From IMG/VR virus record IMGVR_UViG_3300028888_000047, positions 160,001-224,000 of that record: DNA of 64,000 nt, one strand, 5' to 3'. Positions within the stretch are counted from its first letter, which is position 1. Each line of letters starts with the position of its first letter. A program made the position numbers and the translations under genes. Of the stretch, positions 56,020 to 64,000 are shown in pieces. The notes below the pieces were generated by a model, which saw only the letters and a program-made list of their open reading frames with translations, ran no database searches and was not told the DNA's origin. This DNA is from a virus (lineage: Duplodnaviria > Caudoviricetes).

Positions 56020-57918
56020 ATGAATACAATAGAATTAAACGAAGGTAAATACAAAGTAAGCATAAGTAATGTTATAAGTAACGCTTGCAAAAATAATATT
56101 TCAGCATATTCAACACAAGGTTGGATTACTGGTATAAATTTTAACAATTCAAACACGTTAGAATTTAATGTAAGCCGTAACACCGGTGCCGCTACAAGAA
56201 ATGGACAAATAACCCTATCTGTGAATGGAAATAGTTGTGCAAATAGCGGTGGCATAATAAACATAAGGCAGAAAAAAGGAAGTGATACGTGTAGTGCCAC
56301 GATAAACCAAACAGTTGAAACATTGGCTAAAACCGGTGTCCCTGCTGATACAGAAGTAGGAACATGTACATTTATATGTGATAATTTAACAATTACTGAT
56401 TATGAATTTGTAACAAGATATGGAAGCGACAGCTTTAAGTTAAAATTGGTAAGCATTCCTTCCGGCAATAAGCAATATTTCATAAAAACAGTAAATTATT
56501 TACCACAAAATGACTCATCTATACTTAAAACATTTGCGTTAGATTTAACTCATATACCTACAGGACAACAAATTGGTGATACATTATGGTTCTCACAAGA
56601 TTGTATGAGTTGTTCAGATGGTTGCAGTGGAAGTAATATAACATATACACCGCAAACAATTGCTTTAGACCCATGCGGCGCTGAAAGTACTGGTCCGTTG
56701 GCTTATTTCAGCTTTTCTGAATGCGATTCCAGTACGGTAGATGCCAGCAAACTCGAACTTGTTGTGTCTAATAACTCATGGAATGATTTTTATGTTAGTT
56801 GGAATGCCGGTATGAACGCAGGAACAATAGCGGCTCATAGTTATGAGCGTAACATCAACGCAAAAAGAAGCGTAATAGTTTGGCCTAGATATGATGGGGT
56901 ATATGCGCCAGGAGAAGGGTTTACATTTGAACAAGAAAAATGCGAACTTGTTTGTAATGCTACAATAGACCAAGACATAGAAACATTAAGCAAAGATGGT
57001 GTTCCTGAAAACGTTGTGCTTGGAACTTGCACTTTTATATGCGATACATTAGTTATTGGAGATTATGAATTCGTCAGAACAAGCGGGGATAGCTCTTTAA
57101 CACTAAAGTTGGTGAGCACGTCTTCTGGTACAAAGCAATATCTTATAGAAACAGCAGCATATTTGCCACGAAACGAAACCGGAGGTGAAAGAGCGTATTC
57201 TTTTGACTTAACACATACGCCAACAGGCCAAAAAATTGGAAGCACATTAAATTTCGTTCAACAATACGAACACGAGCCAATACCATGTACGGCTGATGAT
57301 ATAGTATATGATGCTACACCAGTTGCACTAGATTGGGAAGGTCTATCTGCCGGTGGCGCTCGCCAAAAAATATGTGAATTCACATTCAATAGATGCGAGA
57401 GTGTTGACAAAACAAAACTTGGTGTAAGTGGAGAAGAATCGTGGATGAACTTCGAGGTTGAATGGGATTCAGTTGCTGGTCACGCTAACGTTTATGCCAC
57501 TCACTATGATGGATATACATCTTCTAAAGGAGCAGGAAATTATAGAATATGGCCAGAATATGATGGAGAAGACGCTGGCGGCGGAGAAATTAAATTATCT
57601 TATTTATTTGACGTAAATATAACACAAACGATTGAAACATTGGCTAAAACCGGTGTCCCTGCTGATACGGTAGTAGCAGAATGTGTATTTAACAACGGAA
57701 ATGCTGTTAATCTTACTAATTACGAAATAGTTCCAAAAGGCGGTAGTAGCGCGTTAAAACTCGGATTTGTACAAAGATATAGCGGAACTTATAGCATTGT
57801 GTTGACTGAAGCCTTGCCTCAAAACACCACAACAGGTGCCATACAATTTGGAATGATAATAAAACAAACGGTTTTAGACCAACAAGTTGGGGAAACAATG
57901 TGGTTTACACAAAATTAA
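56020..57918 (+). CDS. repeat-containing BACON/Ig-like virion protein
   Basis: N-terminal BACON-like domain, then alternating repeats; ETLAKTGVPADT occurs with a 35-nt exact DNA repeat (about 56317 and 57634). Confidence 0.75.
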   Translation: MNTIELNEGKYKVSISNVISNACKNNISAYSTQGWITGINFNNSNTLEFNVSRNTGAATRNGQITLSVNGNSCANSGGIINIRQKKGSDTCSATINQTVETLAKTGVPADTEVGTCTFICDNLTITDYEFVTRYGSDSFKLKLVSIPSGNKQYFIKTVNYLPQNDSSILKTFALDLTHIPTGQQIGDTLWFSQDCMSCSDGCSGSNITYTPQTIALDPCGAESTGPLAYFSFSECDSSTVDASKLELVVSNNSWNDFYVSWNAGMNAGTIAAHSYERNINAKRSVIVWPRYDGVYAPGEGFTFEQEKCELVCNATIDQDIETLSKDGVPENVVLGTCTFICDTLVIGDYEFVRTSGDSSLTLKLVSTSSGTKQYLIETAAYLPRNETGGERAYSFDLTHTPTGQKIGSTLNFVQQYEHEPIPCTADDIVYDATPVALDWEGLSAGGARQKICEFTFNRCESVDKTKLGVSGEESWMNFEVEWDSVAGHANVYATHYDGYTSSKGAGNYRIWPEYDGEDAGGGEIKLSYLFDVNITQTIETLAKTGVPADTVVAECVFNNGNAVNLTNYEIVPKGGSSALKLGFVQRYSGTYSIVLTEALPQNTTTGAIQFGMIIKQTVLDQQVGETMWFTQN

Positions 57919-57924
57919 CAGCAA

Positions 57925-57960
57925 AAAAAATGAGCAACCAATCAAGGTTGCTCATTTTTA
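57925..57960. terminator. bidirectional terminator; inverted-repeat partner of 60601-60636
   Basis: AAAAATGAGCAACC-AATCAA-GGTTGCTCATTTTT. Confidence 0.8.
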
Positions 57961-58035
57961 TATATTGTTCCCTTTTTTAACAAAACATTAAATGAAATTT
58001 CTATAATATTTATAATTAAAAATTAATGTTTATTT

Positions 58036-60576
58036 ATGAGCTATTTTTATAATATAGTAAAAGGACAGACATTAGTGTTAAAATGGTCTGTCGATTCTAG
58101 TAGTTGTAGCGGAACTTCTGTATCATGGAGTATGAGTGATATAGTGGAAAGCCCTCCTACAGCACAAGGAGAAGAATTTTTTGCTGTTTCAATAAACACC
58201 ACAACAAGTACAATAACCATAAGTAGTGACTCTGAGGATACTGTAGCGCATGAGGTGTATTTAAGTCCTTCTATCAACAGCAATAAATGTGAAAGCCTTA
58301 TAACAGTAAGACAAGAAGGAACAACACCTACGCCAGGTTGTGAGTGTATAAGCACAATACAAATTCCTACAATAAATGCAAGTGGTGCTTCAGCAAATAG
58401 CGTCATAGGTACTATGACATTAGCTGAAGGATGTTCATTTAGCAATGTTTCATTCACATCATCAACACTTTCACTTTCAGTTGATGGAAACGGTAATGTA
58501 AAAACACTAAATGTAATTCCAGAAACAAATACCGGAGCTTCTTTCAATGTAGAAGTATATTACAATGGAACTAAATGCCGTGATATTACAATAACACAGA
58601 CAGCGGCAGAATGTGGCTGTTCAATGGCAGCATACTATATAGACATGTTCCAATCATCATGGGGCGTATCTGGAAGTTGTGAAAGTTCTGGATGTAATAA
58701 TGTATTGATTGGAAGCGGTCATACTGAATGTGGTTATTTAGTGCCGACATGTAACTCTGATATGCTAGATGGCGGAGAAATGACGTACTCTCATGATTCA
58801 AATGGATTTTATTTCTACGGCACGATTTTGAAAAATAATACAGGACTCGTTCGTGCTGCTGGTGTTACATTTACGTTAGTTGGTAATGATGGACAAATAA
58901 TAGAAAGTGGATGTAATATTAACGCACAGCTAATACAAGCAAGAGGAACAAATTCTTCATGTAATTGCAAAAATTTCGAACATAAAAAATATCCATATGA
59001 TGCTGATACTGCTGACTTTTCATCTGAGTATCGCTATTATTTTTGCTTTTATAAATCGCAAACATATAATCCAACATACTACTTCCGTGCTCTTAGATTT
59101 TCTAAAAATAATTGGAACAATTTTGTAAATAAATTTGGTCATGGAGGAGAATATGAGGGAAAACTATTTATAGGTACTACTCCATATTCTGAATATACTA
59201 TTTGCGATGGACGTGCTATTGGAACTGAAATAGCATATATAGACCCATATATAGAAAATCTGTTTGACCACGTAGAAAGCGCAAGCGGTATTACACTTTA
59301 TCCAAAACATTTGGAAAGCGAAGAACTAAATGAATATTTCGACCAATCAAATTGCAATCCAGATTATTCAGACTATTCAAGCGGTCATAAAATAACTCTA
59401 AAGCATAGAGTAGACGCACAAATTAATGGTGATGAAATCGTATTGGGAACTTTATGTGATAAAGAATATGATTATTACCTATATTTTGATGTATGCGCGG
59501 TTTGTTACTGTGTGTTTGAGAAACAAAATGATATGATTTCTCAATATCCAATCGACCCTGTTGTAATTGGACCAGACTATAATTTCCTCTACTATTATGG
59601 AGACGAAAACTGGCTGACGGATAATAACTTATGGGATAATGATTCGTGGGATTCATCTGAGCACGCATATACAGAACACCCCTCATGGCTTCATGTTGAA
59701 AAATTAACAAATCCAGATTACCCAGATGAGCCTTACTATATGATTAGCGCACAAACAAATGACACTGGAGAAGAAAGAATAGCTTTAGTTTTACTACCTG
59801 ATAAATGTGATGATGATTATTTCTTTAGGTTCACACAAGAGCCGTGCGATTGCGGCGAGTTCTATCAATATACTGATGGAAAACATGATGAAGGGTCAAG
59901 AACTTGGTATTGCGATGATGTATCAGAAAGTCTTGTATGGCAAAGAGAGTATTGTGTTAAAAAACAAGTGTTTCTTGTACCGGTTAGTGGAGATACCACT
60001 CATTGGAATTTTAATATTACCACCAATGATGTTGGTAAAAGTAAAATTTTGGCAAAGCCAGTATCAAAAGCCACTACAGATGACGGAAGTACTTACTACA
60101 GGGGGCATTGGAAAGTTAAAATGGACACGGCTCCAATTTATGCTGCGCCAAATCATGAAGAGTACGTATGCCCAGATGGCACTCACTACGAAGAGGATTT
60201 GATATTGGAACATTATGATTGTTACATACCACCTACGCCAACTGCTGTATGCTCTTGTAACGACTTTAGAATAACAGGTAATGTTTCTGGTGGAGGAAGC
60301 TACAGTAATACGCCTCAAACAATAAATCTTGGTAATTTATCAATAAGTTGTATTAACGATAGGTGTGATGGAAGTGATGTTTATTTGTTTGCCACAACAA
60401 CGCAGTCAGAATATATATATCCAGACATCGATAGTAGCGGAAATGTCACTGTGAACATTTATGGTACTACTTTACCTATACCATCACAAAATGTAGCATT
60501 TGACATCCATTATGCGTATGATGGCGGAAGTAAAACATGTTATTATAGAAGCGTATTCTTCACATTAAATCAATAA
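58036..60576 (+). CDS. Cys-rich multi-domain Ig/BACON-like virion protein
   Basis: Repeated CxC...ITQ modules; ATATTTAT upstream. Confidence 0.72.
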   Translation: MSYFYNIVKGQTLVLKWSVDSSSCSGTSVSWSMSDIVESPPTAQGEEFFAVSINTTTSTITISSDSEDTVAHEVYLSPSINSNKCESLITVRQEGTTPTPGCECISTIQIPTINASGASANSVIGTMTLAEGCSFSNVSFTSSTLSLSVDGNGNVKTLNVIPETNTGASFNVEVYYNGTKCRDITITQTAAECGCSMAAYYIDMFQSSWGVSGSCESSGCNNVLIGSGHTECGYLVPTCNSDMLDGGEMTYSHDSNGFYFYGTILKNNTGLVRAAGVTFTLVGNDGQIIESGCNINAQLIQARGTNSSCNCKNFEHKKYPYDADTADFSSEYRYYFCFYKSQTYNPTYYFRALRFSKNNWNNFVNKFGHGGEYEGKLFIGTTPYSEYTICDGRAIGTEIAYIDPYIENLFDHVESASGITLYPKHLESEELNEYFDQSNCNPDYSDYSSGHKITLKHRVDAQINGDEIVLGTLCDKEYDYYLYFDVCAVCYCVFEKQNDMISQYPIDPVVIGPDYNFLYYYGDENWLTDNNLWDNDSWDSSEHAYTEHPSWLHVEKLTNPDYPDEPYYMISAQTNDTGEERIALVLLPDKCDDDYFFRFTQEPCDCGEFYQYTDGKHDEGSRTWYCDDVSESLVWQREYCVKKQVFLVPVSGDTTHWNFNITTNDVGKSKILAKPVSKATTDDGSTYYRGHWKVKMDTAPIYAAPNHEEYVCPDGTHYEEDLILEHYDCYIPPTPTAVCSCNDFRITGNVSGGGSYSNTPQTINLGNLSISCINDRCDGSDVYLFATTTQSEYIYPDIDSSGNVTVNIYGTTLPIPSQNVAFDIHYAYDGGSKTCYYRSVFFTLNQ

Positions 60577-60600
60577 TAACATAATAATTAAAAACACATA

Positions 60601-60636
60601 TAAAAATGAGCAACCTTGATTGGTTGCTCATTTTTT
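60601..60636. terminator. bidirectional terminator, reverse complement of 57925-57960
   Basis: AAAAATGAGCAACC-TTGATT-GGTTGCTCATTTTT. Confidence 0.8.
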
Positions 60637-60666
60637 ATTTTAGTAGATAACAAAATCATTTTATTG

Positions 60667-63054
60667 TTAAGTTTGTTCTGTTATAGTAATATTTCCGCAA
60701 TCACATGGACGAGCGTCTTGAGATAAACTAACAGTCTTTGTACAATCTGGATGTGAGCCAGATGTGAATGTAACTGTCAATGTTGCAGTTCTAGGTGTGC
60801 CTGAATTGTTTTGACTATTTGGAGTTATTGTTATTTTACCAGACCCGAGAGTTGCGGTGAAATTGCTAGGATTGCTTAATGATATATTACTTACGCAATT
60901 AGATGATGAAATAGTTACATCCTTAGCGGTTGTCGAACTCCAATCCCAAGTTAAACTTGTAGGGCTAAGAGACAACGCTCCGCAATCGCAATCGCAATCA
61001 GAAGGTCTTTGTTGTGTTACATTCCAATTAACTGTTATGTCACTAGAATTACAACCATTACTTCCACAAGACTTGTGGTTTGTCCACGTAAAGCTTCCAC
61101 TCTTTGCATAGTTATCGCAAGTTGCTGCCGCAAACGTAACTGTTGTGCTGCTTGTTCCATTACTTGTTAAAGCACTTGATACAGCACAAGTTGATGCTGT
61201 TGTCCAAGTAATGGCGCTGTATGCCCACGTTACAGATGCAGATGTGGCTGTAGAAGAAACAGTGCTTGCCGTTGCATTACCAACAAGATAACATACACAT
61301 GTTGTTGATGGGCAAGTACGAGGATTCTGTTTTACTTCGAAAGTCTTGTTGGTACAGCTACCACCATTTGCCGTATACACTACGGTAACGGTATCAGTAT
61401 AAGCTGTGGTATCTGTGTTATTACCCTTTGGACTAATATTTATAACGCCGTTTCCAAGACTAACATTAAAGTGTGTTGTGTTACTTACTGACATACTAAT
61501 GCAAGAACCAGAACTAACAGAAACTGTTTTAACATTTGTTTCATTATATTCCCACGCACTAGGAGCTGAACCGATAGATAGGTCATCACAACTACAGCAA
61601 CAAGGTCCTGCTGCTTGTGTTACTAAAGGTCTTGAAAGTTCAAGCGTGCCACCAATTATTCTTGATTGAATTTCTCTAGAAGAACTATTAGGGTTACAAC
61701 TGACAGCTGGTATTGGTGTATTAGTATTTGTGCCAGGTATTATTGATGTTGTACCATCGGCATTATGTACTTCACAAGTCCACCCTACTGACATTAAAGT
61801 GCTACTAGCTGCTGAGCAATTAACTACTACGTCATCATAAGTATATGCTGAAGTTACTTGGCAACAAGGTGCTCCTGTCACATAAATATGGCCATCTATC
61901 CATCCGCCGGCAGTGCTACAATTCCATGTTTTTGTATATGATACGTTTGTTCCCGCAGATGTCCATCCTACACAATTACCGCTACCGTCAATGTAGCCTC
62001 CGCTAAATGTATATGCTGTTGCTCCTACTGTTGCCGTTCCTGCTGTACAAGCAACTGTAACATCAGTATACGATGTAAATGGCTTTGGTGGGCAATCTGC
62101 ACACTGAGAGCATACTTGCCAACAAGAATCGCTATCATATAAGCCATCATATGTTGCCTCAAATGTAAATCTACTATCAGCAGCCGTAGTTACTTGGCAT
62201 TCATATGTATATGATGTTGCATTAAGATTAGAACTTACATCAAGAGTATTATCTTTTACTATGTTAACGTTTTCCTGCTGATAATCTCTGTTACATGTGT
62301 CAATATAATGTCTTTCAGTCCACGTGGTATAGTAGTATAACGCACTTGCGTATGAAGTTCCTCCCTTACAGTCAAAACTATATGGATAACATGACACGTC
62401 AACGCTTTGTCCACTAGACATTGAGTAGTCGTTGTAATGACTAAATTCTCTTACTTTTTGGCTTACTGCAACAGAATTTGATGTATAGTTGCACCCCCTC
62501 CAACTGATTGTACAATAGACAGAAGATGCATGTGTATCAGTGAAACTATCATTTATAGGGTATGTCTTCGTACCAGTACCACTACCATCAGTTCCATGCC
62601 AAGTTACGCCAAGTACGGTATCTACCTGTGTAGTAGAAGTGGCTGTCTTATTGCATTCCTTAGTGTATTTTCTGAAAGTAAGTGCCTTAGTTGTGGTGGT
62701 AGCGCCTCCACACTCTGAAACTATAGGAGAAGAGTTTGTTGTCACAAGACTCTCAAATGCCGTATATATCAATTTTAAGTCTTTCTTTGCAACACATTGG
62801 TTATTTGAATAACCGGGATTTATTACAATACCATCGACGTTATTTGACCAAGCATTATTACCACCATCACTGAAGTTTGGAATCAGAGTACCACCAGTTA
62901 GTTCGCCGTATGTGGGGCAGTATGAGTCATTACCAGTCACAGTTATAGTTGTACAACATGCACTTGGTATAGCTGCCACCAATTCTTTAAGATAACCAAT
63001 TGTAACGTTATGGTTACATGTTACCTCAAGGGAATTACAAGGTTCGCAATTCAT
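60667..63054 (-). CDS. Cys/Thr/Ser-rich fibre-like virion protein with C-terminal BACON-like domains
   Basis: About 795 aa, many Cys pairs; start moved to ATG 63054. Confidence 0.72.
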   Translation of the reverse strand: MNCEPCNSLEVTCNHNVTIGYLKELVAAIPSACCTTITVTGNDSYCPTYGELTGGTLIPNFSDGGNNAWSNNVDGIVINPGYSNNQCVAKKDLKLIYTAFESLVTTNSSPIVSECGGATTTTKALTFRKYTKECNKTATSTTQVDTVLGVTWHGTDGSGTGTKTYPINDSFTDTHASSVYCTISWRGCNYTSNSVAVSQKVREFSHYNDYSMSSGQSVDVSCYPYSFDCKGGTSYASALYYYTTWTERHYIDTCNRDYQQENVNIVKDNTLDVSSNLNATSYTYECQVTTAADSRFTFEATYDGLYDSDSCWQVCSQCADCPPKPFTSYTDVTVACTAGTATVGATAYTFSGGYIDGSGNCVGWTSAGTNVSYTKTWNCSTAGGWIDGHIYVTGAPCCQVTSAYTYDDVVVNCSAASSTLMSVGWTCEVHNADGTTSIIPGTNTNTPIPAVSCNPNSSSREIQSRIIGGTLELSRPLVTQAAGPCCCSCDDLSIGSAPSAWEYNETNVKTVSVSSGSCISMSVSNTTHFNVSLGNGVINISPKGNNTDTTAYTDTVTVVYTANGGSCTNKTFEVKQNPRTCPSTTCVCYLVGNATASTVSSTATSASVTWAYSAITWTTASTCAVSSALTSNGTSSTTVTFAAATCDNYAKSGSFTWTNHKSCGSNGCNSSDITVNWNVTQQRPSDCDCDCGALSLSPTSLTWDWSSTTAKDVTISSSNCVSNISLSNPSNFTATLGSGKITITPNSQNNSGTPRTATLTVTFTSGSHPDCTKTVSLSQDARPCDCGNITITEQT

Positions 63055-63120
63055 TTTATTTATTTTCAGTTTTTTGGTAAGAGCCACACAGAAACCCATG
63101 TGGCTCATTATTATTTTTAT

Positions 63121-63999
63121 TTATTTTTCTTCATCAAATTTGTTTTTGAGTATTGAAATTTCCTTTTCAAGTGCTGCTATCTTAAGTAGAAGAAGACCAG
63201 TATAATCAACTGACCTTATACCATTCTCATCATAATGCACAAGTTCCTCAAGTCCAAGACGTTCTACATCCTGTGCTATAACACCGTATACCTTTCTTCT
63301 AGAAGGGTCGCTCTTATAGTAGAATGACTTAAGTTCAACCTTGCTTACTCTTGAGATTTCCTCACCTCTTATGTAGTGTATGTCATCCTTAAGAGTTTCA
63401 TCTGAAGAAGTATACATACCACCGGTTGATGTGATTGTACCGTTGACACAAAGATTATTACTTATGTTTAAGCAACTAGAAGACCAATCACTAAGATGAG
63501 AAAGACTGCTTGGTATCACAATATTAGTACCGCTATTAGTGTTATCACAACTAGCTCCTGGGTCGTAAGTACCAGTATTTGCGGAACCATTAGACCAAGT
63601 AAGTGTTCTCCTATTCAAATGACTAACACATGTAGGTATGCTAATATTTTTATCGGCAGATGTATTGAACGTAACGCTTCCACTCTTTCCACTTGTTGCT
63701 TCATATGTTGCGGTTAATGAATTGTGAGGTGCTGTCAAAGAAGTTGATGCACCAGGAATATAATCATACGATAAACCATTATGAACAAGAGTTAATTTAC
63801 CTCTACTTCCCAAATCTCCTAACTTAGAAGGAATATCAACAGTGGTAGCCGCTGAAGTATTGTAAGTGGTAGAAGAACTTCTATCACCAACATTTACGCC
63901 ATAATTAATTGTTAATGCGCTGTGAGGCGACGTAAACGTTGCGTTAGATGCAGGGTCAAATGTTCCACTAAATCCATTATGACTATATGATAATGTTCC
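63121..63999 (-). CDS. tail fibre protein with C-terminal intramolecular chaperone (peptidase S74) domain; 5' end outside the window
   Basis: Frame open to the window edge; SSDETLK...YGVIAQDVE...VDY coiled coil. Confidence 0.85.
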   Translation of the reverse strand, partial: GTLSYSHNGFSGTFDPASNATFTSPHSALTINYGVNVGDRSSSTTYNTSAATTVDIPSKLGDLGSRGKLTLVHNGLSYDYIPGASTSLTAPHNSLTATYEATSGKSGSVTFNTSADKNISIPTCVSHLNRRTLTWSNGSANTGTYDPGASCDNTNSGTNIVIPSSLSHLSDWSSSCLNISNNLCVNGTITSTGGMYTSSDETLKDDIHYIRGEEISRVSKVELKSFYYKSDPSRRKVYGVIAQDVERLGLEELVHYDENGIRSVDYTGLLLLKIAALEKEISILKNKFDEEK

Positions 64000-64000
64000 T

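Noticed and set aside
57918-57924. Additional ACAGCAA matches on the + strand (here and at about 1173)
   Set aside because: No enclosing terminal stem; these look like chance matches at gene ends
1-64000. Stop-codon reassignment (TAG=Gln as in Lak phages)
   Set aside because: Conserved and structural genes are full-length in code 11 with high coding density, no suppressor tRNA is seen, and TAG ends ORF 19330-20013 at a plausible position
1-64000. Bacterial chromosome rather than phage
   Set aside because: Housekeeping-like genes are isolated among short unknown ORFs, homing endonucleases, and baseplate and tail-fibre genes, without bacterial operon context such as grpE or rpmI/rplT

Overview
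This is an AT-rich, gene-dense segment, almost all on the minus strand, of a large lytic T4-like (jumbo) phage. The host is inferred to be Bacteroidota (Prevotella/Bacteroides-like) from about 15 copies of the Bacteroidota -7 promoter box TAnnTTTG and from host-like ompA, tyrS, dnaK, dnaJ and rmlC genes. The standard genetic code fits. 1-13.7 kb: a tRNA/ncRNA island with 9 intact tRNAs, tRNA fragments, a 722-nt group I intron, homing endonucleases, three DNA methyltransferases, a radical SAM gene, a Tad2-like gene and OmpA. 13.7-40 kb: auxiliary and host-takeover genes (TelA, SSB, NadE, RlmN-like radical SAM, TyrRS, a DUF2828/vWA Ro60-like protein, sigma70, IF3, macrodomain, AAA ATPase, DnaJ, DnaK, PhoH). 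41-64 kb: virion/late genes, a glycosyltransferase-rmlC cluster and Cys-rich fibre-like proteins. The most notable signal is a dispersed family of at least 5 small RNAs that share a terminal stem plus an invariant ACAGCAA motif but enclose different cargoes. One cargo is a circularly permuted tRNA mimic with YrlA (Y RNA) topology, one a linear pseudo-tRNA and one an isolated anticodon loop; the same genome encodes the Ro60/TROVE-like DUF2828 protein. Also notable are a free-standing mimic of the 23S rRNA GTPase-associated centre, tRNAs with compensatorily rewired elbows, a U1-A72 tRNA-Tyr alongside a phage TyrRS, and a Tyr-rich leader-peptide attenuator. All family assignments come from motif recognition by eye; no database searches were run.
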